DNA of 64,000 nucleotides from an uncultured Alphaproteobacteria bacterium (GTDB lineage Bacteria; Pseudomonadota; Alphaproteobacteria; CAAHEQ01; UBA3637): NCBI GenBank assembly GCA_944391565.1, contig CALXUB010000004.1, positions 46,180 to 110,179 of the forward strand, read 5' to 3'. Shown piece by piece: positions 18,750 to 27,884 of this stretch (position 1 is its first letter; each line of letters starts with the position of its first letter). The notes under the pieces were generated by a model. It saw only the letters and a program-made list of their open reading frames with translations, ran no database searches and was not told where the DNA came from. The position numbers and the translations under genes were made by a program.

Positions 18750-20009
18750 TTAGCCTCCGCCGTTTTTATCTTGTTGAGTTGCTTTTGTAGCTTGTTGAAT
18801 CGCTCTTCTTTTCATTACGGCCGCAACCGGTGCTGCACCGGCAGCAGCAGCAGCTGCTGCGACCGCTGCCATAGCAACGGCAGTGGCAAGTTGTTTTAAT
18901 CGCCGAACAAAATCGCCGACCATGGATTTCGGAGACGAATTTGTTAAAAAGCCGGAAATCTCTGTCAGATGTTTTGATAAATTATACAGATAAAACGCCA
19001 TAACAACAAAAGACAGTGCCGACACAGACATCCGGCACATTTCCCGCAAAACATCTGGGTTTGTATTCTGATAAGTCGGGTTTAAAATAATGTTATACCC
19101 GCGCATTTGGGTGAAAGCTTCAACCGTTGAGACAAGCAAGGCTACGAAAACACAAGTAATCAACAACTGAGCCAATCCCCCGATAAACATGTTCCAGGCC
19201 GCCTTAAAATATTTTTCTGTGACGGAAAAAACCCACGCAACCAATAAAATCGGCAATAAAATAATGAAAAAAATAATCCGCACGAAAGCATCAATTAAAT
19301 ACATCGGGAAAAAAAGCAACAGCATAAAGAATATACCCGTGATAATTAACCCGACGATAAAACCGGTGAAATCAGTGATCGTCATTAACCGAATACCTAA
19401 TGCCCGTCCGATATTTAACGCAACTGTTGCACGGTAAACCAAATCTTCCAGCTGGCTTCCGATTTCAGCCGGCAATCCCGGACCGCTTGTAAAGGTTGAA
19501 CCGACCGTTGTCGACGTCAACACTCTTGTGGGGAAGTTGAGATTTAAAATCATAAAAGATAAACGGACAAAAATCGTAATAATCGGTGCTATGATTGTGT
19601 TGATCAGTTCTAACATATAGTTGGAGCTCAGCAAAAAAATGGAAACGAGACCACCTTTTCCCAGCTTTGTCGTAATGGAAATCCAATATTCCGGCAGATT
19701 CGGAACGCGCATGCTGAGAAATAAAGACAATGTACGCAGACAAAGATAGATCACCAATCCGACGGCCAAAAGTCCCCATGCCAGGTTCTTCATGGCATCA
19801 TATGCGTTTGTTGCAATAACAGCACCTGTATTGAAAACAATCGTAAATATTTGACATGTCCAGCAGCTTTTGGTGGAGTTCATGTTTTCCTGCGCTTTGA
19901 CAATATCGACTTCAACATCCATACCGCAAGAAGACAAAATCAACAGAGCTGCCATCATCCAAAAGAGGCAGAAAGATTTTTTTTGAAAAAATGACAGAAG
20001 ATTTTTCAT
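18750..20009 (-). CDS. Polytopic membrane protein, VirB6-like paralog 2 (~420 aa)
   Basis: The likely start is the ATG at 20009 (MKNLLSFFQKKSFCLFWMMAALLILSSCG). It shares the CWTCQIF motif and the MYLIDAFVRIIFFIILLPILLVAWVF block with the other paralogs. Its C-terminus carries a poly-Ala run. Confidence 0.5.
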   Translation of the reverse strand: MKNLLSFFQKKSFCLFWMMAALLILSSCGMDVEVDIVKAQENMNSTKSCWTCQIFTIVFNTGAVIATNAYDAMKNLAWGLLAVGLVIYLCLRTLSLFLSMRVPNLPEYWISITTKLGKGGLVSIFLLSSNYMLELINTIIAPIITIFVRLSFMILNLNFPTRVLTSTTVGSTFTSGPGLPAEIGSQLEDLVYRATVALNIGRALGIRLMTITDFTGFIVGLIITGIFFMLLLFFPMYLIDAFVRIIFFIILLPILLVAWVFSVTEKYFKAAWNMFIGGLAQLLITCVFVALLVSTVEAFTQMRGYNIILNPTYQNTNPDVLREMCRMSVSALSFVVMAFYLYNLSKHLTEISGFLTNSSPKSMVGDFVRRLKQLATAVAMAAVAAAAAAAGAAPVAAVMKRRAIQQATKATQQDKNGGG

Positions 20010-20022
20010 GTCGTTTAATCTC

Positions 20023-21069
20023 TTATTTTCCGGCAACATCCCCTGCAATATCAGCTGTAGCACTTCCCACAGATGAAGCTGCTTCACTTAAGACCGAACC
20101 AGAAGCTGATATGCTTTCAGGCGGTTTCATACCTTCCGGCGGTTTCATGCCTTCCGGCGGAGCCATTCCGGCCGGAGGTGTTGCTGCTTCCGGCGGTTTC
20201 ATGCCTTCCGGAGCCGGCATACGATAAGGTTCGGTTGATGTCGAACCGGAAGCAGGTGCCGTCGTTTGATTGATCGGAGCCGCCGCTTTTGTCTCCGGCA
20301 TCGGCGCCGCATCGCTTCCGCCAGTAGGGGGTGTCACAGACGTCGAACCGACAGCTGATGTCTGTGAAGCAGAAGCCGTTGCTTTTGATGATGGTGTCGT
20401 CGAATCTACAGAGGCAGCGGGTGATGAATTCGGCGATGCTTTCGGAGTGGAAGATGTTCCCGGAATGTTGGCATTCGTGATCGTGAAGTTTTGGTTTTGT
20501 CCAGTCTGTTGATTGACGGAAAAATTACCCGTGTTCTGAACGCCGGATCCACTGCCGCTACTGCCTTGGCCGCTGTTTCCATTTTTGTCGCTTTTGAATT
20601 GATTGGGGGCGCCCGAACCTTTTCCAGATTGTCCGCCGCCGCTGCCACCGCCTGTTGTACTGCTGCCCAAATTGTCTTTTCGGTTCTTAATAAAGTTGGA
20701 GCCAGCTTCTCCGGTTTTTTTCGCTATCCCGAGAGCTGTTCCACCGACCATTCCCGCAGCCGCGAAACCGGCTTTTGAACCACCGTCTGTTGCCGCAGCA
20801 CCCAAGGATTCTCCAATAGCAGAAGACATGAACAGCAAAGCAATGCTGATAATCAATCCGCCTACTGTGATGAAAATGGCAGAAGTTGTAAAATTCATTA
20901 AATCTGCCGCTTCTTTAACCTGATCCTTCATTAACAGATTCAAGATTTGTTGCAGACGGTTATTACTACCGGTGCTTTGAGTTTGTGAATTTTGAGCCAG
21001 AGCAGGCGCCGTTGTCATAAAAAATCCGACGACTGAAAAGGCAAAGGCTGTCAATTTATGTTTTAACAT
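20023..21069 (-). CDS. Secreted Pro/Gly/Ser-rich protein with pilin-like hydrophobic hairpin and PPEGMK tandem repeats
   Basis: It has a signal peptide (MLKHKLTAFAFSVVGFFMTTAPALA), then two hydrophobic segments (AIFITVGGLIISIALLFMSSAIG; GFAAAGMVGGTALGIA) arranged like VirB2/TrbC pilins. A low-complexity tail follows. 18-bp repeats at ~20113-20216 encode the PPEGMK units. Confidence 0.5.
   Translation of the reverse strand: MLKHKLTAFAFSVVGFFMTTAPALAQNSQTQSTGSNNRLQQILNLLMKDQVKEAADLMNFTTSAIFITVGGLIISIALLFMSSAIGESLGAAATDGGSKAGFAAAGMVGGTALGIAKKTGEAGSNFIKNRKDNLGSSTTGGGSGGGQSGKGSGAPNQFKSDKNGNSGQGSSGSGSGVQNTGNFSVNQQTGQNQNFTITNANIPGTSSTPKASPNSSPAASVDSTTPSSKATASASQTSAVGSTSVTPPTGGSDAAPMPETKAAAPINQTTAPASGSTSTEPYRMPAPEGMKPPEAATPPAGMAPPEGMKPPEGMKPPESISASGSVLSEAASSVGSATADIAGDVAGK
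20113..20216. repeat. Tandem 18-bp repeats (GGCGGTTTCATGCCTTCC-like, ~5.5 copies) coding for P-P-E-G-M-K units
   Basis: This is read directly from the sequence: ggcggtttcataccttcc ggcggtttcatgccttcc ggcggagccattccggcc ggaggtgttgctgcttcc ggcggtttcatgccttcc. Confidence 0.8.
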
Positions 21070-21080
21070 GTTTTTTCCTC

Positions 21081-22517
21081 TTAAAGTCCGGCGATTAACC
21101 GTAAACATATAACAATCAAAATACTTAAGACAATCAAAGTAAATAAACAGGATATGAACAAATCCCATGCTTTTTTGGTGTATCCGATTGTTGCCGGGAA
21201 TACAGCCAACACAATATAAAGCGGGAGTAATACGGCCACAAATCCCAAACGAACCAAAATATCAATAAACTTAAACGGAACAACGATAAATAGTATCAAA
21301 TAGCCAATAATCTGTATTAGTGCGATTAAAAACATACCGATATGAGGCAGGCCTAACGGACCGGCAGTCAGTGAATGGACAAGGAAGGTTGCCGCAATTG
21401 CCATTCCCAATACAAAGTTTAAACTGGCTGTTTTGATGACGCAGGATAATCCGTCGTAAACTGTGGAAGACAAAGCTTTCGGATTACCGTTTGTGACAAA
21501 ACGACTGTCATTAGGATCTGATGTGCTGCACAGGTTAACTGAGTTTTGAGAAACGGTCACCGTCGTGCTGGAACAGCCATAGTTCACATCATCAATTGTT
21601 GTGACAGTCGGGGTGATAAAACCGGCCGTTCCCATCAACTGTGTGCTGAGTCCTGTTGCAAACGAAACAACCGGCGTGATGATTAAATCAAAAACTTGAT
21701 AAGACGGTGCCCATAATAATGCGGCACCAAACATCAAACGGAAAAAGGCTTTCAACAGGCTTGTCATGAACTCACCCACGTTTGCGCCGTGAACGACCAG
21801 GAAAAATTGCAAAACAATCCAACAAAGCCACGCGACACCGCCGACCATCAGTGCGCTGAGAAAAATATTTCGCATTTTTTCATAAAAATTTGTGGCCAAA
21901 TCATTAACGATATCAAAAGTGACATCAAATAACGGACAAAACCAACAGCCGTATGAACCGTCCTGATTATAACTGTTTAAAATACGGGAAAATAAAGGTG
22001 TTCGAATGGCCGAACCGGTTGTGAAGGTCGTAGCCCATTGAAAAGTTGTAAACGCCGAAAGTCTGGCAGCATATTCTTCTGTTAAAGCGTTCATGAAAGC
22101 ACAAAGGGCATCATTGTTGGCCGCAACTTGCTGCACAATTTGTTGTGTGTTCTGCAGCAACTGGCGATGTTGCGATTCGGAAGCTTGCAGTGTTTGTGCG
22201 GCAGTATTGCGACATGCTTCAATTTCTTGCTCTGTTCCCGAACAGCGATTGATTGCTTGTTGATAACGCTGATTAGCTAACTGCCGCGCCTGATATTGTA
22301 TCTTCATGGCGTTGTTATAACAGTTTGTGCAATGCGCATCTTCAATATAGGACTGATATGCCGAACGCCAATCTCCGCCCTGAGCTGCTTGCTGTGCTTG
22401 TTCCGTCGTGATCTCCGAGCAATCCCATAAGCAAACTTGCGCCTTCACCGGCAGAGAACAGAAAAAAAGAAAAAGCAATGAAAAAACCAGGGAAAAGGAA
22501 ATGCGCTTATTTATCAT
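21081..22517 (-). CDS. Polytopic membrane protein, VirB6-like paralog 1 (478 aa) with Cys-rich periplasmic N-domain
   Basis: It has a signal peptide (SLVFSLLFLFFCSLPVKAQ) and a ~170-aa N-domain with 8 Cys. The CWFCPLF motif and the FKFIDILVRLGFVAVLLPLYIVLAVFP block are shared with the two downstream paralogs. It is the first gene of the minus-strand operon. Confidence 0.5.
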   Translation of the reverse strand: MINKRISFSLVFSLLFLFFCSLPVKAQVCLWDCSEITTEQAQQAAQGGDWRSAYQSYIEDAHCTNCYNNAMKIQYQARQLANQRYQQAINRCSGTEQEIEACRNTAAQTLQASESQHRQLLQNTQQIVQQVAANNDALCAFMNALTEEYAARLSAFTTFQWATTFTTGSAIRTPLFSRILNSYNQDGSYGCWFCPLFDVTFDIVNDLATNFYEKMRNIFLSALMVGGVAWLCWIVLQFFLVVHGANVGEFMTSLLKAFFRLMFGAALLWAPSYQVFDLIITPVVSFATGLSTQLMGTAGFITPTVTTIDDVNYGCSSTTVTVSQNSVNLCSTSDPNDSRFVTNGNPKALSSTVYDGLSCVIKTASLNFVLGMAIAATFLVHSLTAGPLGLPHIGMFLIALIQIIGYLILFIVVPFKFIDILVRLGFVAVLLPLYIVLAVFPATIGYTKKAWDLFISCLFTLIVLSILIVICLRLIAGL

Positions 22518-22628
22518 TTGATCCTCTTGTGAAAACTTTTTTAATTATTTTTGGAAATAGTATAGACTTAAAATTAACATTCGTCTATTATTATTTTAAT
22601 TGTTTTGGTGTTTTTTAAGGAGGCAAAC

Positions 22629-23276
22629 GTGTCCCAGCAAACCATTGAGCAAAAGATTTTTCATATTTACTGTCAGTTTTTTCAATATAAAGATTTATTG
22701 AAGGGGTCACCGGCGTTGACTGTGAATCCCAATGCGCTGGATGATAAAATGCGCGCCTCGTTTATGCCGACGGTTGAGGCGGAAACAGCCCAAATGGTCG
22801 GTTATTTGATGGGATTGCGCGGAACAGCCTTTACGGTCAGTCAGATGCTGGTTTCTTTAAATAAGTATTATCAAAAAGATGATTTTTGGCGTCGGCTGTT
22901 GTTGGAGTATATTGATTTGTGCCAGGAAAAAGAAGAAGCCGCTTTTATGGAAGAAAGCCGAAGAGTCCGTCAGGAAGGTGAGGATTTGTTAAAGCGAATT
23001 AACCTTTATCGAGCTTCTAAAAAAGAAATTATTGATTCTTTTGCGGCTGCTTTGAAAGCTCAAAAATTTCCTGTTGATGCTCAGAAGTTGATACGCAATT
23101 ACCTGAATATGGCCGAAAAAAATGCTACGGAAGCTTGGAATGTGCTGACAACAAACCCGGCAGCTTTTGCTCCGCTTGAGGTTGTCACGCCGGAAGGTAA
23201 ACGGTTGATGGCCCCCAAAGAAGCAATCGAGCTGAACAAAAAAATGGGAGTCTTTCTCAGAAAATTAAAAACATAA
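22629..23276 (+). CDS. Hypothetical protein (~215 aa)
   Basis: An AAGGAGG RBS precedes the GTG at 22629. It is divergent from the VirB6-like operon and I recognise no family. Confidence 0.45.
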   Translation: MSQQTIEQKIFHIYCQFFQYKDLLKGSPALTVNPNALDDKMRASFMPTVEAETAQMVGYLMGLRGTAFTVSQMLVSLNKYYQKDDFWRRLLLEYIDLCQEKEEAAFMEESRRVRQEGEDLLKRINLYRASKKEIIDSFAAALKAQKFPVDAQKLIRNYLNMAEKNATEAWNVLTTNPAAFAPLEVVTPEGKRLMAPKEAIELNKKMGVFLRKLKT

Positions 23277-23345
23277 TTTAACAAAAGACTGGACAAAATA
23301 TTTTTTTCGTGCTAAAATAAAAGCACAAAAACAAAGGAGTTTGCA

Positions 23346-25169
23346 ATGCCGCAAGATAATTATAATAAAACTTATGATGCCAAAGCTTATCGCGAGATAA
23401 AGGGGGGCTTTGATGATACGATTTCCGAAGCAACGCGTTTAAGACGTGCTGAGGCCGAATCGGCTGCGCAAGAGGAGGAATACGCCAGTAAACCGTTCCA
23501 AATGATGCGGGATTATTTTAAAAACCTGTTTCAAAAAGATGACAGCTATTTGGATAAGGGGCAACCTCCTGTAGATATCAGTGTCGGCCGCAAACAGGAT
23601 CCGTTGGATCGTTATCAGGACGCTTGGCGTCAAATGATTAAACATCCGGAATTTGCCTCCGTCACCACAGAAGAGACCCGTAAAATGCAACAAGCATTGC
23701 CGCGGTTATCTTTAAGCTGCATTTCGGCTCAAAATAATGCTAAATCTGCTTTTGACGACAACAGACGTAAATTGCGTGAGGAATTGGGCGTTCCTTCTTT
23801 AAATGAAGAACAGCTTCGTCAAGTCAAAAAAATGCCGGAAGTGCAACAGGCACGTCATTCGGCGGCCGAACGGTTGAATCAGCTGCGTCATTACCGCAAT
23901 ACCATCGCAACCGAAGCATTACCGGGATTGCGAGCTGAGGCAGAAGCTTATGTAAAACAACAACAGCAAGCTCAACAACCGGAAGCGCCTCAGCCTGAAC
24001 AAACACCCGAACAGAACCAAGCACCGACTCCGGAAACACAGACAATGACTCCGCCTCCGCCGGCTCCGGCACAACCGCAGCAGACAGATTCAGAGTCTCA
24101 ACCGCCTGTTGCCAATCAACAACCGCAGGAAATTGATTTCGGCAAGGGTTATCGAATGCCTGAGCATATTAAGGCTAAAATTAACAAAGAGTATCGCCAG
24201 GGAACGATTACCGGTGTTTTGGAACAAGTCTTGAATGCCAGAAGTCCGGAAGAAGCGGCGTTGGCGATGGTTTGCGCGCTTATGGCTTTCGGTCCGATGG
24301 CAATCGCACGACAGTTGGAATTAAGCGTTGCCAATAAGCAAGCCTTGGAAAAATATAAGCTTGATAAAGCTAAAGAGGCTGATGAAATGACGTTGGCTAT
24401 GAAGGGAATGTCCTCCCGAGATGCAACGGCGGCTTTATACGGTGACTTTTTAAAGGCCGGTAATGATATGCAAAAAGTGGCAGATAATATTCGTAAAGAG
24501 GACCCGGGATTGCTGGAGAACCTGTCGCGCGATAAAGAAGGCAATTTAACAAAGGCCGGAATGGAAGAACTGCAAGCACGTATTTTACAACGCAACCATC
24601 TTAATACTTTCGGTCGAACCATGTTTAAAAGAGAACTGAAGGATCGTGTGGGTTTACTCAATAATATGCCGCATCAGGTGATTGATCCGCAAGTTTCCTC
24701 TCAACAGCAGACGCCTCCGGCACCGACACCGGCTCCTGCTCAAACACTTGCTATGGATACCGGAGACTATCAGGTGGCGCCGGCAACACCGGAAACATCT
24801 CAGGCCAATTTTTCGGTCGGAAATACACCCACCCCTCAAGCACCGACACCGCCGGCACCAACACCGTCGGCAGATCAATTATCCGTGGATGCTTCGGCTG
24901 CATCAAAGGTCGCGAATATTGGTGTTGTTGCGGCACCGTCTCGATTGAAAATGACATTGCGAGAAGCACAAAACTTCAATGCTTCCTTGGGCTCCCAGGA
25001 TAGCTTTAAAAAGGAGGCCAACCAATTTTTGGTGCAGGCACAGGCTTTGGCCGGTAAGGCTCAGGAGCTTCAGTTGAACCGTGAAGGGATACAGGCTGCC
25101 AAAAACATGCAGTTTACCATTAACGCTCAACAAAATATGCCGAATCTTTCACTTCAGCAGACACATTAA
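23346..25169 (+). CDS. Hypothetical Gln/Pro-rich protein (607 aa), candidate secreted effector
   Basis: It has an AAAGGAG RBS. The protein is hydrophilic with central low-complexity QQQAQQPEAPQPEQTPEQNQAPTPE and a second P/T/Q-rich stretch. There is no TM helix and a terminator follows. Confidence 0.5.
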   Translation: MPQDNYNKTYDAKAYREIKGGFDDTISEATRLRRAEAESAAQEEEYASKPFQMMRDYFKNLFQKDDSYLDKGQPPVDISVGRKQDPLDRYQDAWRQMIKHPEFASVTTEETRKMQQALPRLSLSCISAQNNAKSAFDDNRRKLREELGVPSLNEEQLRQVKKMPEVQQARHSAAERLNQLRHYRNTIATEALPGLRAEAEAYVKQQQQAQQPEAPQPEQTPEQNQAPTPETQTMTPPPPAPAQPQQTDSESQPPVANQQPQEIDFGKGYRMPEHIKAKINKEYRQGTITGVLEQVLNARSPEEAALAMVCALMAFGPMAIARQLELSVANKQALEKYKLDKAKEADEMTLAMKGMSSRDATAALYGDFLKAGNDMQKVADNIRKEDPGLLENLSRDKEGNLTKAGMEELQARILQRNHLNTFGRTMFKRELKDRVGLLNNMPHQVIDPQVSSQQQTPPAPTPAPAQTLAMDTGDYQVAPATPETSQANFSVGNTPTPQAPTPPAPTPSADQLSVDASAASKVANIGVVAAPSRLKMTLREAQNFNASLGSQDSFKKEANQFLVQAQALAGKAQELQLNREGIQAAKNMQFTINAQQNMPNLSLQQTH

Positions 25170-25174
25170 AGAAA

Positions 25175-25203
25175 AAGGAGGATCCGATGATCCTCCTTTT
25201 TTA
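25175..25203 (+). terminator. Rho-independent terminator
   Basis: The hairpin AGGAGGATCCGATGATCCTCCT is followed by TTTTTT. Confidence 0.75.
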
Positions 25204-25266
25204 GTTTCATAAAGATGTTGTTTTTTTGCTCATCTCTTGTTATGCTGAGGAGCAAAGGAGAAATGA

Positions 25267-26232
25267 ATGAAAGCACGAACTGTCGGAATAGGAATAATTT
25301 GGACCTTATTTTATATGCCTTTTGTTGGCTATGTGATCGATTTAGCCTTTGGATACACGCCTTTCGGGTCCGTTTTAAATCGTTCGGCAACCGGAGAAGT
25401 CAGGCTTTTGAATCCGTTTGAAGATTGGGCTGTCCTATATCGCGCTTTTATGTATGATCAATGGGTTATCAACACCTTGACAGATTTTGCTCTTTTCTTG
25501 AGCTTTTTGCTGTTTATTCCGCTTTGGGGATTAGGTTGGTTTTGGATGTTGAAGGTCAATTGGTGGAAAAAATGGAGTGCATTGTTTCATTTCAGTCGGC
25601 ACAAAGAAATGGAAAAGGGCCATAAGTTTCCTTTGAAAAAGAAAGTGTTAGTGCGTCCACCCGCACTGCCTGCCGGAGCTTTTTTGAACCGCAACTTTCC
25701 TTCTCCTGCGCCGGCAACAACAAGGGACGGTGCTTCTGCTGAGGCGGATGCATCTGTTCCGTCTTCGATGCCGCCGAATACGGAATTAACGCCCGAAATA
25801 ACAGCCGGTATCAAAGAATTAGGTGAGCGTTTCGGATTTGAACTTTTCAGGAATGTTCAACTGGATGACGTGATTGTCCCTTTGGTTTTGGCGACGGATA
25901 CAAAAGCGCTTCTTTTGAAACTGTTGACAACGGAAAATGAATGGATCGCAGATGAAACAATTGCCGAGGGAAGTGAGGCTCCGACTTGGTTTTCTTCGGA
26001 CGGCGTCGAACCTTCGCCTTTTTTTGAGGTCAAACAGGCGGCTTTGTCTTTGGCTCAAAAAGAACCTGAATCTGCCATCATTCCTGTTGTTGTCGTTTTG
26101 AAAGGCCATATCATCAATGCCGAGACAATGTTGCCTGAATGGCAGGCTGCCGGCGGATATGTAGTTCGCTTTGGAGAAGGGCAACCGGAAATACTAATGA
26201 CTTTGGAAAATCTGCTGGAACAAGAAGCTTAA
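25267..26232 (+). CDS. Membrane protein (3 N-terminal TM helices) with ~200-aa C-terminal soluble domain, unknown function
   Basis: It has an AAGGAG RBS. The TM segments are IGIIWTLFYMPFVGYVIDLAF and LTDFALFLSFLLFIPLWGLGWFWML. I cannot assign the C-domain. Confidence 0.5.
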   Translation: MKARTVGIGIIWTLFYMPFVGYVIDLAFGYTPFGSVLNRSATGEVRLLNPFEDWAVLYRAFMYDQWVINTLTDFALFLSFLLFIPLWGLGWFWMLKVNWWKKWSALFHFSRHKEMEKGHKFPLKKKVLVRPPALPAGAFLNRNFPSPAPATTRDGASAEADASVPSSMPPNTELTPEITAGIKELGERFGFELFRNVQLDDVIVPLVLATDTKALLLKLLTTENEWIADETIAEGSEAPTWFSSDGVEPSPFFEVKQAALSLAQKEPESAIIPVVVVLKGHIINAETMLPEWQAAGGYVVRFGEGQPEILMTLENLLEQEA

Positions 26233-26406
26233 CTTAACAAACTGATTTTAAACAAAAAACAATGATAAATGCTGATAAAAAAAGGCTCTTTATCAGAGAA
26301 GCGCTTGAAAATCAAGTAAAAAAATTAAAAAAAAGTTAATTTTTATACTTGTCGAATAAAAAAAAGTTCTATATAAATAATTATAGAAAGGATCATAGGG
26401 GGATTT

Positions 26407-27882
26407 ATGAAAAAAAATAAAATACTCTTCGTCGGCAGTGAGGCGACGCCTTTTGTCAAAACCGGTGGTTTAGGTGATGTTGTGGCAGCGCTTCCCAAGT
26501 ATTTGAAGAAAGAAGGGGCTGACGTTAAACTTGTCCTGCCGTTGTATGCCGCAGTTGATCGCAATAAGTTCCATTTAAGCAAACTTTATGACGGGTGCTG
26601 CGTGAAAATGGGTAATTGTGAGGAATGGTTCAGCGTGTATTATGCCGAGACACCGTGTCACTATGATGCTTATTTTATTGAATTTAATAAATACTTTGAT
26701 CGTCCGATGCACGCGCAGCATGGGCTGTATGATGCGTGGGATACGCATCAGGAGTATCAGGACAATGCATATCGATATGCTTTTTTTTGCCGTGCGGCAT
26801 TACAATTAGCTAAGGATTTAAATTACCAGCCTGACATTGTTCATGTGCATGATTGGCAGACTTCTCTTATTCCTTACTATTTGAAGAAAGACAGAGATCC
26901 GTTTTTTGAAAACACAAAAAGTGTTTTAACGATACACAATTTGCCATATCAAGGGATTTATGGCGCAGATGTGATTCCTTATGCTAAAATTGATTGGGCC
27001 GATTTTAATATGAACGCGTTTGAAAGTTTCGGACGCGTTAATTTATTAAAAGGCGGTATCCGATTCGCCGATAAAATCACAACGGTCAGTCCGCACTATG
27101 CGGAAGAAATTATGACGCCTTTGGGAGGTGCCGGATTGCATTGGCTGCTTCAGGAGCGTAAGAACGATGTTTCCGGTATTTTAAACGGCATTGATTTGGA
27201 TTTGTGGAACCCGGATAAAGACCCACGTATTTCTTATCCCTATAATGTTAAAACATTTAAAGACGGCAAAGCACGCAACAAACAGATTTTGCGCGAATCT
27301 TTGGGGCTTTATCAACACGATTGTCCGCTTTTTTCAATGGTTGTTCGTTTGACCGAGCAAAAAGGCATTCACATGTTTACCGAATGTATTGAAGGTGTTT
27401 TAAATGATATGGTCTGTCAATTTGCGATTATGGGAAATGGCGAGACTTGGGCGCAGGATTATTTAGCTTCTCTGCCGGCTAAGTATAGCGGTCAGATTTC
27501 TGTTCATATCGGCTTTGATGCAGAAAAAGAACACATGATGGATGCAGGCAGTGATTTTACGATTATCCCATCGATTTATGAGCCATGCGGTTTGAAGCAA
27601 ATGTACAGTCAATTATACGGAACATTGCCGGTGGCTCGATCAACGGGCGGTTTGGCTGATACAATTATCAACTATAATGAAGCGGAAGGGACGGGGAGCG
27701 GCTTTAAGTTTTATGATGCGACACCCGGTGCACTTTACAACACGATCGGTTGGGCTAACTCAACCTATTTTGATCGGCCGGAGCATATGGATACAATGAT
27801 CCGCACCGCAATGCAGCAGGACTTTTCTTGGAAGCGCTCTGCACGGGCTTATCTGCATCTGTATAATGAAATCCGGGGGTAA
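26407..27882 (+). CDS. glgA: Glycogen synthase (ADP-glucose type, GT5)
   Basis: The N-terminal KTGGLGDVVAALPKYL motif is the canonical GlgA signature. The length (491 aa) is consistent. Confidence 0.9.
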   Translation: MKKNKILFVGSEATPFVKTGGLGDVVAALPKYLKKEGADVKLVLPLYAAVDRNKFHLSKLYDGCCVKMGNCEEWFSVYYAETPCHYDAYFIEFNKYFDRPMHAQHGLYDAWDTHQEYQDNAYRYAFFCRAALQLAKDLNYQPDIVHVHDWQTSLIPYYLKKDRDPFFENTKSVLTIHNLPYQGIYGADVIPYAKIDWADFNMNAFESFGRVNLLKGGIRFADKITTVSPHYAEEIMTPLGGAGLHWLLQERKNDVSGILNGIDLDLWNPDKDPRISYPYNVKTFKDGKARNKQILRESLGLYQHDCPLFSMVVRLTEQKGIHMFTECIEGVLNDMVCQFAIMGNGETWAQDYLASLPAKYSGQISVHIGFDAEKEHMMDAGSDFTIIPSIYEPCGLKQMYSQLYGTLPVARSTGGLADTIINYNEAEGTGSGFKFYDATPGALYNTIGWANSTYFDRPEHMDTMIRTAMQQDFSWKRSARAYLHLYNEIRG

Positions 27883-27884
27883 AA

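Noticed and set aside
19991-20273. + strand ORFs encoding SGGFMPSGG repeats
   Set aside because: They are the reverse-complement reading of the PPEGMK 18-bp repeats of the minus-strand Pro-rich gene.
24149-25133. Minus-strand ORFs (170, 76, 74, 72 aa, Arg/Cys-rich) within the 607-aa gene region
   Set aside because: They are antisense to a gene with an RBS and terminator. Arg/Cys-rich composition is typical of antisense frames through Gln/Pro/Ala-rich coding sequence.
26233-26406. Inverted repeat CTGATAAA-n9-TTTATCAG upstream of glgA as a terminator
   Set aside because: It has no following T-run. It could be a protein-binding site or coincidence, and I have insufficient evidence.
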